Shown here piece by piece: positions 1 to 9,836 of a stretch of DNA of 60,748 nucleotides. The position numbers and the translations under genes are program-made. The stretch is from Spirulina sp. (lineage in GTDB: Bacteria; Cyanobacteriota; Cyanobacteriia; Phormidesmidales; Phormidesmidaceae), in NCBI GenBank assembly GCA_044070495.1, contig JBIPSI010000031.1, positions 1 to 60,748 of the forward strand, read 5' to 3'. The notes beneath the pieces are model-generated. The model made no database searches. It saw only the letters and a program-made list of their open reading frames with translations, and was not told where the DNA came from. Within the stretch, counting starts at the first letter, position 1; every line of letters begins with the position of its first letter.

Positions 1-1
1 C

Positions 2-220
2 CACAGCATTGAAGAAGCGTTGTTGCTCTCCGACCGGATTGTGATGATGACCCGTGGCCCCGCCGCCCGCATCGACGAAATTTTGGAGGTGCCCTTCCCC
101 CGTCCGCGCAACCGCGAAACCATCGAACAACACCCCGCCTATCACACCCTCAAGGCTGAAATGGAAAGCCATCTCTACCGCGAAACCCGCGCCGTAGAAG
201 AGGCTCGGATTCATCGATGA
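2..220 (+). CDS. 3' end of an ABC transporter ATP-binding subunit (NrtD/CynD/CmpD-like, nitrate/sulfonate/bicarbonate family); partial at window edge
   Basis: Frame from nt 2 reads HSIEEALLLSDRIVMMTRGPAARI..L.VPFPRPR, the H-loop and C-terminal signature of NrtD-type ATPases. Confidence 0.85.
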   Translation, partial: HSIEEALLLSDRIVMMTRGPAARIDEILEVPFPRPRNRETIEQHPAYHTLKAEMESHLYRETRAVEEARIHR

Positions 221-320
221 TCCCCCTTTTCCCCTTGGGCAGCGGGAAACATCACGTCCTTACTACGGGTTCACCCCTGCCTTCTCTTGTCTTCACCCCA
301 TCTAGCATTTCTGACAACCG

Positions 321-788
321 ATGCCAACTCCCCTGCTTCCCCCCTTCACCCGCGAAACTGCCCTGGCCAAAGTCCGCATGGCCGAAGATGCCTGGAACAG
401 CCGCGACCCCGACCGCGTAGCCCTGGCCTACACCGAGGATAGCCACTGGCGCAATCGGGCCGAAATTTTCCAAGGGCGGGAGGCCATTCGCGCCTTTTTG
501 CGCCGCAAGTGGGATAAGGAACTGGACTATCGTCTCGTTAAAGAAATGTGGGCCTTTGGCGAAAACCGGATTTCCGTGCGCTTTCAGTACGAATGGCACG
601 ACGACGCGGGCCAGTGGTATCGGGCCTACGGCAACGAAAACTGGGAATTTGCCGAAAATGGCCTCATGCGCCGCCGCGAAGCCAGCATTAACGACCGCCC
701 CATCTCCGCCGAAGAACGCCGCTTCTTTTGGGATGCTTCTGGCCCTCGGCCCCAGGATCACCCTGGGTTAGTCAACTCCCCGGTATAG
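321..788 (+). CDS. DUF1348 / SnoaL-like (NTF2 fold) protein
   Basis: [33 protein letters not shown] and YGNENWEF motifs typical of DUF1348. Confidence 0.9.
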   Translation: MPTPLLPPFTRETALAKVRMAEDAWNSRDPDRVALAYTEDSHWRNRAEIFQGREAIRAFLRRKWDKELDYRLVKEMWAFGENRISVRFQYEWHDDAGQWYRAYGNENWEFAENGLMRRREASINDRPISAEERRFFWDASGPRPQDHPGLVNSPV

Positions 789-803
789 GGGACAGGGTTA
801 CGG

Positions 804-933
804 CTGGTTGACTGACAAAAGATTCTGCACCGGGCGCGGAAACCACGCCCCTACCGCATGCAGATAATGTAGGGTTCAGGTTTCCTGACCCTTTGACGGA
901 TCTGGGTGATGGCAAGTTTTTTCCGTCAACCAG
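804..933. mobile_element. 130-bp MITE-like element: 17-bp imperfect TIRs enclosing two back-to-back GTAG-type REP hairpins
   Basis: CTGGTTGACTGACAAAA (804-820) vs TTTTTTCCGTCAACCAG (917-933), 15/17 complementary; REPs at 832-854 (-) and 869-891 (+). Confidence 0.65.
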
Positions 934-1028
934 GGGCTATGGGGGCGTGATCTAGGTCTTAGCGCCCTGGGCAAGAACGGGACAGGCTAGAATAGAAAAC
1001 CTATCTTTCCTCAGCCTAGTCCGTCTTC

Positions 1029-1442
1029 ATGTCTAGTTCTAACACTGTGTCTGCTCCCCCCGTTGACCCCATTGCCCTACAAACCTTGGATGATCAGCTT
1101 TCCAAGCGCTACATTGAGCTGGATCCAAAGGGCTATTTTTTAATCTACCTCGATACGGATCAGGGCCTAATCTGCGCCAAGCATTTCACAAATACCATCA
1201 ACGACAAGGGCCTAGCCTGCGATCCAGACACCGGAAAGCCGCTCCCTGTGCGTGGCCCCGTTGAGCGAGTGCCCACTCAAATCTATACCGGGCGCACCGC
1301 CAAGGAACTGTGCATCGCCATTTTTGAAAACCCAGATCAGCCTTGCCCCATCCGCTACCTCGACCATGCCGCCTACCTAGGGCGCGAGTTTATGCGAGCA
1401 GAACGGGCTTTGGTAGAAGGGATTCCCTACGTCCAAGACTAA
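1029..1442 (+). CDS. DUF4346 domain-containing protein
   Basis: LDPKGYFLIYLD, GRTAKEL and LDHAAYLGREF.RAE.AL..G..YVQD motifs. Confidence 0.9.
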   Translation: MSSSNTVSAPPVDPIALQTLDDQLSKRYIELDPKGYFLIYLDTDQGLICAKHFTNTINDKGLACDPDTGKPLPVRGPVERVPTQIYTGRTAKELCIAIFENPDQPCPIRYLDHAAYLGREFMRAERALVEGIPYVQD

Positions 1443-1459
1443 TCCACCTACACATCCCA

Positions 1460-1504
1460 ATCCTGCCCTGGGCGTGGCAACCGCGCCTAGGGCAGGATCT
1501 TTTG
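1460..1504 (+). terminator. Intrinsic terminator hairpin between convergent DUF4346 and dps genes
   Basis: ATCCTGCCCTGGGCGTGG / CCGCGCCTAGGGCAGGAT 18-bp stem (2 G-U pairs) followed by CTTTTG. Confidence 0.7.
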
Positions 1505-1571
1505 TCAATTAGCCAGGTCTGCGCCACCCTGGGTTGCTGGTGTCCCCCTCATAGTTTGGGAACAAATGCCC

Positions 1572-2105
1572 CTAGTCGAGGTCGGCCTTTTTTACCAGGT
1601 GGGCCTCTAGGAACCACAGCCGCATATCGATGGTGCGGGAGATTTCTGTGTAGAGGTCGGCGGTGTCGGCATCACCCAAATTGTCGGTGGTGTCGATGGC
1701 TGCGCGGACGTGCTTACCGTAGAGGGCAAAGCGTTCGGCTAGGGCCGCTACATGTTCTGCACCATCCACGGCCTCAAAGGGATATTCCGGCAGAATCGAC
1801 TCGGTGGCAGCGGTACGGGCCGTTCCCAGCGCCGTGCCGCCGAGGGCCGTAATCCGTTCAGCCACCATGTCTACATAGCCTTCCAGTTCTCCCGCCAGCT
1901 CATCAAAAAGTTCATGGAGTTGCAGAAAATCCATGCCCTTCACGTTCCAGTGGGCTTGCTTGGCCTGGGTCTTGAGATCCAGGGTAGCGGCTAAGGTCTG
2001 GTTCAGCACCGCCACCACCTGGGCGCGCAGGTTGGCGGGCATATCAATGCGGGTGGGGTAGAACCGATGGGTGGGGTTAGTTTTGCGGGTGGGTGTAGCA
2101 ATCAT
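1572..2105 (-). CDS. dps: DNA starvation/stationary phase protection protein Dps
   Basis: KQAHWNVKG..F..LHELFDE, D.VAERITALGG and LWFLEAHL ferroxidase motifs. Confidence 0.96.
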   Translation of the reverse strand: MIATPTRKTNPTHRFYPTRIDMPANLRAQVVAVLNQTLAATLDLKTQAKQAHWNVKGMDFLQLHELFDELAGELEGYVDMVAERITALGGTALGTARTAATESILPEYPFEAVDGAEHVAALAERFALYGKHVRAAIDTTDNLGDADTADLYTEISRTIDMRLWFLEAHLVKKADLD

Positions 2106-2277
2106 AGGGTCTCTCTGAGATAAACAACAATCAACAAAAACAAGGGATCTAGGCGATTTATAAGATCACAACCGCGATCTAAGGCAAGGCGTTGGTCAAT
2201 GCGGCGATTTGGAGTGGGTGCATCCGAGCCTGCGAATCGGGCAACTGTGCATGGGATTAACCTTGAACACTCCTAAA

Positions 2278-2298
2278 TCATACTCGTTATGAGTACGA
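2278..2298. promoter_or_regulatory. 21-bp imperfect palindrome upstream of dps; candidate Fur/PerR-family operator
   Basis: TCATACTCGTTATGAGTACGA has dyad symmetry and lies about 170 bp upstream of the dps start; regulator identity is inference. Confidence 0.4.
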
Positions 2299-2478
2299 CT
2301 TGCAAGTGCGCTCCCTCAAAACCCGTCCTGAGAAATAGGTCGATGGGGAGAGGGTGTGGCGGCGGCGGCTTTGGGGTGCCAATGATGGAGGGATCCTTGG
2401 TGTACCTGGCCTCAATCGGTCGTCTATACATTAGGTCGGATCAAAGGGGTGTGCCTGTATCCCAGGGCTGAATTCGTC

Positions 2479-4056
2479 TCAGGCTGGCAAACCCCAGGCC
2501 GTTTTGAGGGCCGCAAGGCGATAGTAGGCGGACTTGGGTTGTTGGTTGCGATTCAGCAAGCCGCCGAAGGGCCAGAAGGTGCCTTGGTCAGAAAAATCCC
2601 ACCAGGTGGCGGCTTCAACCTGGGGTTTGCTGTAAGCAAGGGTGTAGAGTTGCTCGGCCCAATCGGCTTGGACGGCTTCACTCCAGGGTTCGTGCCAAAG
2701 GCCGCTGGCCTGTCCCATTTGGGAGCGTTCATCCACCCCTGTCGCCGAAGACACCGCCATTTCGGTGATGTGGATGGGCTTGCCTAGGGCGACGAAGCGA
2801 TCCAGCATCCGGTCGATCTCGAACATGTCCTGGTCGGGGTAGTAAAGCTGGAGGCCAATCACCTCAAAGTCAATGCCTGCCGCCAAACAGGCCCGTAGGT
2901 ATTGGAATGGACTGCGCTGGGGCGGGCCATAGATGGCGACGTTACGCGCCCACAGACAGCAGCTATTCACAATGCGCTGTGCGGTGGGGTGCCCTTCACG
3001 GGCGGCTTCGCAGACTAGGCGGGTGAGGTCGATCAGTTGCTCCGGGCTGTAGTTGAGGTCGTTGCTCCAGGGAACGTGGTGGGCCTCGTTGATCACATCG
3101 TAGGCGGGGATGCGATCCCCATAGCGACGGGTGATCTGAAGGATGCGCTGGCGTAGGGCCGTTTTTATCTGATCAAAGGTCATCGGGCGCACCCAGGCGG
3201 GAATGCCGATTTCGTGGAACCACACCAGGGGATGCCCCTTGGGCTGAATGCCCTGACTCTGAAGCCACGTCACCTGTTGATCTAGGGTGGCCTCGTTGAA
3301 TTGTCCCGGTTCTGGCTCGAAGGGTTGCCAGTAGACGGGTACCGTGGCCGTATCGAACAGGGCGCTAAAGTAGCGGTCGTAGGCTTCCCCCAGGTGGGGA
3401 TGGCCAAAGGCATTGCAGCCAAACTTAAACGTTTGCCGGGGCGGGGTGCGGGCAATGCGCTGGCGGGCACGGCTGAGGGCGGCCTCTTCCCCAGCCCAGA
3501 GGCTTTCCCTCAGGGACTCGTTCCACAGGGGAATTTGGCGCGTCCGATCCGATTCCTGACTCGCCTGATTGAGGAAATCCTGGGCCTTGTGTAGACGATC
3601 TTGAATGGACTGGGGAATGCCGTAGCCCTGCCGCCGCCACTCCTCTACTGCTTGGTTGACTCGGTGTAGACGATCACGGGCAAAGGCAGCATTCAACACC
3701 AAGGGAAAGTCTACTGGAGTAAACCCTCGCCCCTGGTTGTCGGCGTAGAGGGTGACATCGCCAAATCCCTCCACGGGCAGTTGCAGGGCCAGGGCAAAGG
3801 GGTCGGTAGAAGGGGGCCGCAGCCGTAGCCGTCCCGGTTCAATCTGGCGTTCGGGGTTGGGTAGCGGTTCGTCGTCAAGATCCAGGCTATAAAGTTGCCG
3901 CAGCCGATCCTCCGATACGGGTACCCCATCTGGGCGGTAGGCCAGGATTTCCAGAAAACCGTCACTGACTAAGGTGAGCTTTGTTTCAAGGTCGCGGACG
4001 ACGGGGGCCACCAAGAAGCCACCTGTGGCGGTGCGGAGGAAGGTGCGACGTTCCAT
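2479..4056 (-). CDS. Glycoside hydrolase family 10 (endo-1,4-beta-xylanase-like) protein with twin-arginine signal
   Basis: N-terminal ERRTFL; KGHPLVW, YDVINE (acid/base), IGLQ and IHITE (nucleophile) GH10 motifs. Confidence 0.85.
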   Translation of the reverse strand: MERRTFLRTATGGFLVAPVVRDLETKLTLVSDGFLEILAYRPDGVPVSEDRLRQLYSLDLDDEPLPNPERQIEPGRLRLRPPSTDPFALALQLPVEGFGDVTLYADNQGRGFTPVDFPLVLNAAFARDRLHRVNQAVEEWRRQGYGIPQSIQDRLHKAQDFLNQASQESDRTRQIPLWNESLRESLWAGEEAALSRARQRIARTPPRQTFKFGCNAFGHPHLGEAYDRYFSALFDTATVPVYWQPFEPEPGQFNEATLDQQVTWLQSQGIQPKGHPLVWFHEIGIPAWVRPMTFDQIKTALRQRILQITRRYGDRIPAYDVINEAHHVPWSNDLNYSPEQLIDLTRLVCEAAREGHPTAQRIVNSCCLWARNVAIYGPPQRSPFQYLRACLAAGIDFEVIGLQLYYPDQDMFEIDRMLDRFVALGKPIHITEMAVSSATGVDERSQMGQASGLWHEPWSEAVQADWAEQLYTLAYSKPQVEAATWWDFSDQGTFWPFGGLLNRNQQPKSAYYRLAALKTAWGLPA

Positions 4057-4071
4057 CGGGAAGGCGGGAAG

Positions 4072-4938
4072 CTAGAGGTCGCCGGGGTCGAGGCCGAGTT
4101 CTCGCAGGCGAGACGCAAGGCGTTCGGCCCGTTCGCGCTCCTGTTCGGCCCGGATACGCTCCTGTTCGGCCCGCTGGTTGGCTTGTTCGGCCCGTTCCCG
4201 TTCTTGTTCAGCCCGGATACGTTCTTGTTTGGCGCGTTCGCGTTCCAAATCGGCTCGTTGCTGTTCCAGGGTCGCCCGTTCGTCGCCGTTGAGCAGGAGT
4301 TGCCCGTTGGCATCCCACCAGCGCAGCCAGGGCAGATCTTGGTTGAGGTAGCTTCCCTGCCAGATGCCCAATTCCACGCCCATGGGGGGGATGGGATAGT
4401 GGCCGCGTTCGTTGGGGGTGCAGCGTTGGTAATGGTTGCCGATCAGTTCGTAAACCTCAACGGCGGATTTTTCCACCTCGTAGATGGCGTAGAAGGGAAC
4501 GCGGATGGCCTGCTCGTAGACCCAGAATTTTCCGGCCTTGGCGTTGGGAACTCCCAGAGGCGAAGTGGCATCCCGTTCCTCCGAGCCATCGCCAGAGACG
4601 AACTCAATTACAATCAGCGGCGCAACGATTTCCTTCCACAGCACGTAGGAACGGCGCATTTTGCCATCTAACTGGGGTGGCACATGGGGCACATAGAACC
4701 AGTCGGGGGCTTCGGCTCCCCGTTCGGGGGGATCGGTCAACCGCCAATAGATGCCGCTGTCTTGGCCAATGGCGTACTGGCCATCGGGGTGCAGAGCGTC
4801 TAGCACGGGACGAATGGAATCGGTGAGCAGCAAACTTTGGGGATGCTCCTGGAAATTTTTCACAAACGTACCGTCGGTCTCTGGCAGTTGGGTGTGATCC
4901 GGTAGGGATAGGGCGGGCTGGGCAGGAGCAATCGCCAT
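4072..4938 (-). CDS. Uma2 family (DUF820) putative endonuclease with coiled-coil tail
   Basis: LPDHTQLPETDG, APDWFYVP, PLIVIEFVS, GKFWVYEQ, WLRWWD; RAEQERE heptads at the C-terminus. Confidence 0.93.
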   Translation of the reverse strand: MAIAPAQPALSLPDHTQLPETDGTFVKNFQEHPQSLLLTDSIRPVLDALHPDGQYAIGQDSGIYWRLTDPPERGAEAPDWFYVPHVPPQLDGKMRRSYVLWKEIVAPLIVIEFVSGDGSEERDATSPLGVPNAKAGKFWVYEQAIRVPFYAIYEVEKSAVEVYELIGNHYQRCTPNERGHYPIPPMGVELGIWQGSYLNQDLPWLRWWDANGQLLLNGDERATLEQQRADLERERAKQERIRAEQERERAEQANQRAEQERIRAEQERERAERLASRLRELGLDPGDL

Positions 4939-5004
4939 GGATACCGACTCAAACGCGACTGGCTTTATTGTAGGCAGATTCCCCCTCGATGGCGGCGGGG
5001 CAGG

Positions 5005-6261
5005 TCAACGCACCCACATCACCCGCACCACCTCACCAGCGGGCAGGGTTTCTTGATCCACGGGCACCACCGCTAGGGCATTGGTACCCGCGAGGTTCAC
5101 CAAATTGCCGGAACTATGGCTGCCCCCGGCCAGGTAAAAGTCGTGGCGGCTGGGGTGGTCTAGATTCGGGCGAAGCGTGCCCCAAAGATAGGTTTCCCTG
5201 CCGCCGCCGCCCTTTAAATCGTGCTGGGTGATGGCCTCCACAAACCGGGGAGACCAGTCCTGCCCCAGGCCCGACTGCTTCCGTAGGGCGGGTTCCACAA
5301 AGCGCCAAAAACTCACCAACGCCGAGACCGGATTCCCCGGCAGACCAAAGTACAGTACCGGAGGGCGCTGGGTATCCGCAGCGGGCAGGGTGGCGACGGT
5401 CAGAGGCTTCCCCGGCTTCACCGCCACAGATCGAATGTGGAGGGTGGCCCCCAAATCGGCCAGGATGCGATCCACATAGTCGAAGTCACCCACGGAAACC
5501 CCGCCGGAGGAGAGAATCATATCCGCCTGGGTTAGGGCCGATTGAATCGCCGCCGCTAGGGCCTGGGGCTGATCGGGAATGATGCCCAGAAGGATCGGTT
5601 CTGCCTCCGCCGCCTGCACCAAGGCCGCCAGGGCGTACTGGTTCGAGTCCACAATTTGACCCGGTTTCAGGGGCGTTTCCGGGTTGACCAACTCATCCCC
5701 GGTGGAAAGAATCGCCACCCTAGGCCGCCGAAACACCGTCACCTGCCCACACTGGGCCGCTGCCAGCACCGCCAATTCTGGCCCCCCTAGGGCCGTTCCC
5801 GCTGCCATCAGGGGTTGCCCCGCCTGGTAAAAACCGCCGCGATGGCGCACAAACTGACCGGGCTGAGGGGCCGCCAAAATCAGCACCCGATCCCCCTGGC
5901 GTTCGGTACGCTCCTGCATCACCACCGTATCCGCCCCCGCTGGCATCATCGACCCGGTTAAGATGCGGGCCGCTTGCCCCGGTGCCACGGGCTGGGTGGG
6001 GGGCTGTCCGGCGGGGATCGTTTCCGTCAGCGTGAGGGCTACGGGCTGGTCGGCGTTGGCCTGTTGTACGTCGGCATGGCGCACCGCATAGCCATCCATG
6101 GCCGAGTTGTCCCAGTGGGGAATGTCTAGCGCTCCGGTGACCGGAATCGCCAGAATCCGCCCCGCCGCTGCCCCTAGGGCCACCGTTTCCCCATCCGCCA
6201 CCCCATCGGGCATCGCCACCAGAGATAAGATTATGGCCTCTGCTTCTACCGCTGGCACCAT
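5005..6261 (-). CDS. moeA: Molybdopterin molybdotransferase MoeA (gephyrin-like)
   Basis: DNSAMDGYAV, ILTGSMMPAGADTVVMQE, STGDEL, SSGGVSVGDFD, KPGKP, GLPGNPVS; ATG at 6261 chosen as start. Confidence 0.96.
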   Translation of the reverse strand: MVPAVEAEAIILSLVAMPDGVADGETVALGAAAGRILAIPVTGALDIPHWDNSAMDGYAVRHADVQQANADQPVALTLTETIPAGQPPTQPVAPGQAARILTGSMMPAGADTVVMQERTERQGDRVLILAAPQPGQFVRHRGGFYQAGQPLMAAGTALGGPELAVLAAAQCGQVTVFRRPRVAILSTGDELVNPETPLKPGQIVDSNQYALAALVQAAEAEPILLGIIPDQPQALAAAIQSALTQADMILSSGGVSVGDFDYVDRILADLGATLHIRSVAVKPGKPLTVATLPAADTQRPPVLYFGLPGNPVSALVSFWRFVEPALRKQSGLGQDWSPRFVEAITQHDLKGGGGRETYLWGTLRPNLDHPSRHDFYLAGGSHSSGNLVNLAGTNALAVVPVDQETLPAGEVVRVMWVR

Positions 6262-6462
6262 CACCGCTGTGTTCCCAAACGTCAGTATCCTTCCACCCTA
6301 CAGCGGCGATTATCTAGATGATCGATGGGAATCGTCCAACAGATTGACAATGGTTCTCTGGTCGTCGGATGAATTAGTGCGACGCAACCCTTGCTGTTCA
6401 GGGCTTTGATGGATTGCCGCAACCTGGTGATCCCTTGGCATCTGATGAGGTGAGGTAGGTGG

Positions 6463-7995
6463 CTATCGGGCCGAAACAAAGCGTTCCTTGGCCAGGGCGC
6501 GTAGGCGGTTGATGTCCTCCCGACGGGTAACAGAGAGGGGCACCGTGCGCTGAATTTGCTCGATCACCAGGGCGGTATCGGCGGGACGATTTTCGTAGAG
6601 GGCGCGGTAGTGGGCGGTGATGATGGCCTGCTCGATTTCCGCTCCACTAAAGCCTTCGGTAGCGGCAACTAGGGTGGGCAGATCGTAGGACTCCAGCCCT
6701 TGCTTACGGCGGCTGAGATGAATTTTGAGGATATTCTCTCGCTCGTTGGCCTCCGGCAAATCCACAAAGAAAATTTCGTCAAAACGGCCCTTACGCAGCA
6801 GTTCCGGCGGAATCGCCGACAGATCGTTGGCCGTCGCCACCACAAAGATTTCCTGGGATTTCTCCTGCAACCAGGTCAAAAAATAGCCAAACAACCGCCG
6901 ACTGAGGCCCCCATCGGCATCGCTGCTGCTTTGGCCCATGCTTTTTTCAATCTCGTCAATCCACAGGATGCAAGGGGCCATGGTTTCCGCCAGCACCACC
7001 GCCCGCCGAAAGTTCTTGTCCGACTCGCCCACATACTTGTCGTACAGCCGCCCCGCATCCAGCTTCAGCAGGGGCAAATTCCACTGGCGGGCGATGGTCT
7101 TGGCCGCCAAGGACTTACCGCAGCCCTGAATCCCCACAATCAAAATCCCCTTGGGGGCAGGCAGGTTAAACTTGCGAGCCTGGGGCGTGAAACCAACCCG
7201 CGCATAGGCCAGCCAACGCTTCAGTCCCTCAAAGCCGCCCAGTTCCGCCACATTGGTCTCCGAGGGGAAATAATCTAGCAAGCCCTCCTCATGGATGACC
7301 CGCGCCTTCCGGGCCAGCACCCGCTTCACGTCCTCCGCATTCAGCTTGCCATCGTGGAGGGCCGCATAGGAGACTACCTTGCGGGTCTGACTCAGGGTCA
7401 TGCCCTGGAGCGCTTTCACCAAGGCATGGATATCTTCCGGGGTAAGCTCAATCGTGACCTTGCCCTGGAGCGACCGGACAACCTTAGACATCGCATCTTG
7501 CAGCTCCGTCGGCCCTGGCAACTTGATATCAAAGTACACCGCATCCTGGGCCAATTCTGGCGGCAAAGCTACTCCGCTACCACTAATAACCAGAGTGGAT
7601 CGGTTGAGGGCAAACTGCTGCACCACCTCCCGAAACTGACGCGCCACCACCGCATCCTTCAGGTGAGGCGAAAAATCCTTGAGCCAAAAAATGGCCTTAA
7701 AGCTCATATCCTGAATATGGCGCAGCATATCGATGGGTTCAGCGGTTTTGGGGAGGGCTTGGCCCCGCTTCGCCCCCGGTGGTGCGTATTCGTTCTGCCA
7801 GCGGTTGTCGGGGCTGTCGGGAGAACGCATCAATCCCTGGGCAATACTCCACTCAAATATCGGCATCTGCATATCAAAGCAGGCCTTTTGGGTGAGGGTC
7901 TGTATCCGTTCCTCCTCCACCGTTTCAATCACAATCACCGGATGGAAGGACATCACGAGGGTCTTGAAGTGCTGCACACTGTCTTTAAAGGACAT
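6463..7995 (-). CDS. Ycf46-like AAA+ ATPase
   Basis: Walker A GIQGCGKS, Walker [30 protein letters not shown]-terminal IETVEEER region typical of the Ycf46 family. Confidence 0.9.
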   Translation of the reverse strand: MSFKDSVQHFKTLVMSFHPVIVIETVEEERIQTLTQKACFDMQMPIFEWSIAQGLMRSPDSPDNRWQNEYAPPGAKRGQALPKTAEPIDMLRHIQDMSFKAIFWLKDFSPHLKDAVVARQFREVVQQFALNRSTLVISGSGVALPPELAQDAVYFDIKLPGPTELQDAMSKVVRSLQGKVTIELTPEDIHALVKALQGMTLSQTRKVVSYAALHDGKLNAEDVKRVLARKARVIHEEGLLDYFPSETNVAELGGFEGLKRWLAYARVGFTPQARKFNLPAPKGILIVGIQGCGKSLAAKTIARQWNLPLLKLDAGRLYDKYVGESDKNFRRAVVLAETMAPCILWIDEIEKSMGQSSSDADGGLSRRLFGYFLTWLQEKSQEIFVVATANDLSAIPPELLRKGRFDEIFFVDLPEANERENILKIHLSRRKQGLESYDLPTLVAATEGFSGAEIEQAIITAHYRALYENRPADTALVIEQIQRTVPLSVTRREDINRLRALAKERFVSAR

Positions 7996-8134
7996 CGCAA
8001 ATTCTCAATAACGCCAAAAATCGTCACACGAATCCGCCAGATCAAGGAGAGATCGACGCTCCCATCCTAGTTTCTACGGCTCCAACCTAGGACTTTCCTG
8101 ACGTCCCTACCCGAAAAATTTATCCACACCTCCC

Positions 8135-8164
8135 TTGACAAAGAGACTTTTTAATCAAGATAAT
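8135..8164 (+). promoter_or_regulatory. Sigma70-type promoter for rplU-rpmA
   Basis: TTGACA (8135-8140), 18-bp spacer, GATAAT (8159-8164). Confidence 0.6.
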
Positions 8165-8181
8165 TAAAGACTGTGTTTATT

Positions 8182-8249
8182 CGCCCGGATCAGGTTTCCA
8201 AGGCCGACGGCTACTTCCTGTGTAGCGCACGATTGGCACCTGTACGGCG
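8182..8249 (+). promoter_or_regulatory. Putative structured 5' leader of rplU
   Basis: Nested pairings CGCC/GGCG, CAGGT/ACCTG, CCAA/TTGG and internal GCTAC/GTAGC hairpin just before the GAGG RBS. Confidence 0.4.
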
Positions 8250-8264
8250 GTTATGAGGCTAACT

Positions 8265-8636
8265 ATGACATACGCAATTGTGGCAACGGGCGGCAAGCAG
8301 CTTCGGGTAGAGCCGGGCCGCTTCTACGATATTGAACGCCTGCCTGTGGAAGCCGAAGAACAGGTCACCCTTGATCAGGTGCTGTTCGTCAACAACGAGG
8401 GCGAATCCCTAGTGGGTCAACCCCTGGTGGAAGGCGCAACGGTAACCGGAACGGTGGTCAGTCACCTGCGGGGTCGCAAGGTGATCATCTACAAGATGAA
8501 GCCCAAGAAGAAAACCCGCAAAAAGCAGGGTCACCGTCAGGAACTCACTCGCCTGATGATCGATTCCATCCAGGTGAATGGCAAAACCATTGCCAGCAGC
8601 GAGACCCCAGCAGCGGCAGCGGATGCTGAGGCCTAA
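8265..8636 (+). CDS. rplU: 50S ribosomal protein L21
   Basis: MTYAIVATGGKQLRV...KKTRKKQGHRQELT; GAGG RBS before ATG 8265. Confidence 0.98.
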   Translation: MTYAIVATGGKQLRVEPGRFYDIERLPVEAEEQVTLDQVLFVNNEGESLVGQPLVEGATVTGTVVSHLRGRKVIIYKMKPKKKTRKKQGHRQELTRLMIDSIQVNGKTIASSETPAAAADAEA

Positions 8637-8693
8637 GACAAAGGCACCGCCATTACGCTAGAGTTAACAACACGTAGGGTTTAGGGAAGAACC

Positions 8694-8960
8694 ATGGCAC
8701 ATAAGAAAGGTACAGGTAGTACAAGAAACGGGCGCGATTCAAACGCCCAGCGCCTTGGCGTGAAGCGCTACGGCGGCGAAGCGGTGCGGGCAGGCAATAT
8801 CTTGATCCGTCAGCGGGGCACCAAGGTTCACCCCGGCGAAAACGTGGGACGCGGTAGTGATGACACCCTGTTCGCCCTCGTAGACGGCGTGGTCACCTTC
8901 GAGCGTCGCGGCAAAACGGGCAAAAAAGTCAGCGTTTACCCCGTTGCCGTTTCGGTCTAG
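8694..8960 (+). CDS. rpmA: 50S ribosomal protein L27
   Basis: [28 protein letters not shown]. Confidence 0.99.
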   Translation: MAHKKGTGSTRNGRDSNAQRLGVKRYGGEAVRAGNILIRQRGTKVHPGENVGRGSDDTLFALVDGVVTFERRGKTGKKVSVYPVAVSV

Positions 8961-8983
8961 TCTGAACGCTCACCGGAAACATT

Positions 8984-9017
8984 AAAAAAAGCCCCTCGAA
9001 CTCCGAGGGGCTTTTTT
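8984..9017. terminator. Bidirectional intrinsic terminator
   Basis: AAAAAAA-GCCCCTCG-AACTC-CGAGGGGC-TTTTTT between convergent genes. Confidence 0.9.
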
Positions 9018-9035
9018 GTTGCAATGGGCTGGGCT

Positions 9036-9058
9036 GGTCGAGTAGACCTCGCCCCTAC
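9036..9058 (-). repeat. GTAG-type REP hairpin; family copies also at 832-854, 869-891, 10749-10771, 25126-25150, 29084-29102, 29247-29269, 56979-57001, 59801-59821
   Basis: GTAGGGGCGAGGTCTACTCGACC; consensus about GTAGGGGCGnGGTYTCnnCGCCC, always intergenic. Confidence 0.75.
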
Positions 9059-9089
9059 CGGGCGGGATCGAATACCAGGATCGAAGGCT

Positions 9090-9515
9090 CTAGTCGAGGT
9101 AGCCCATCAGCACAGAGGGGTGAGGATCGATGACATCATTGGGGGCGATGGGGCGATCACCAGGGAGCGTATGGATATCGGCAATCATCAGGGTGCTGAC
9201 CCCCACCGGACGATGACCGGGCAGGGTATCGAGGGTGGAAATCATGAAGGTGTTGGCCCCAATGGGACGATGCCCCGCCTGATCTAGGGTGCCCACAATT
9301 TCAAAGCTGCTGAGGGCAATAGGGCGATGGTTAGGCAGGGTGTCGGTTTCCACCAGGCGGGTTTCATCATCCAGCACAAAGACCGCTTCATGGCTGCCCG
9401 CCTTCACCAACCCACCTTCTGAGGTGTTGCGCTTAGCTCGGCTGGAACGCCGAGGGCTGGTCTCCTTCTCTGGGGTTTCCGCGTTGCCGTTGCTGGTGTC
9501 GTTAGGGGTGGTCAT
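9090..9515 (-). CDS. Hypothetical protein with four approx. 20-aa (TLP)x(H/D)RP(I/V) repeats
   Basis: TLPNHRPI / DQAGHRPI / TLPGHRPV / TLPGDRPI; terminator downstream; AAGGA upstream. Confidence 0.75.
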   Translation of the reverse strand: MTTPNDTSNGNAETPEKETSPRRSSRAKRNTSEGGLVKAGSHEAVFVLDDETRLVETDTLPNHRPIALSSFEIVGTLDQAGHRPIGANTFMISTLDTLPGHRPVGVSTLMIADIHTLPGDRPIAPNDVIDPHPSVLMGYLD

Positions 9516-9836
9516 GGGTATTAAAGTCCTTATCGCAACAGGCCGTGACCGAAGAGGCCACCGCCAGGGTGAATATCAATGCCGCACCCTGAGTCAGCGT
9601 TAGCCGAGGTCGCCCACTCCTACCCTAAGTTAGGAAAACAGGATGCTTAAGAGATAATTATACGTCGAGGGCTGCCCCTCTCAGTTTATGAATGGTTATC
9701 AATGCTATAACCCAGGGTACGCCGTTGAACAAAGGGCCATCGGCGGCGGAAGGGCGGCTTTTCCCACCGAAATCCTCGGATAACCTACCCCCAGGGCTGG
9801 GGTCTTGGCCTATAATGAGGGAAAGAGTTCACCCAG

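Noticed and set aside
2196..2252. 18-aa His/Cys-containing uORF upstream of dps (minus strand)
   Set aside because: Poorly spaced RBS and no conservation evidence available
4072..4938. Uma2 genes as part of a restriction/defence island
   Set aside because: Solitary among housekeeping genes with no methyltransferase or other defence genes; Uma2 paralogs are ubiquitous in cyanobacteria
8120..8128. Replication origin
   Set aside because: Single DnaA box; no box cluster and no dnaA/dnaN nearby
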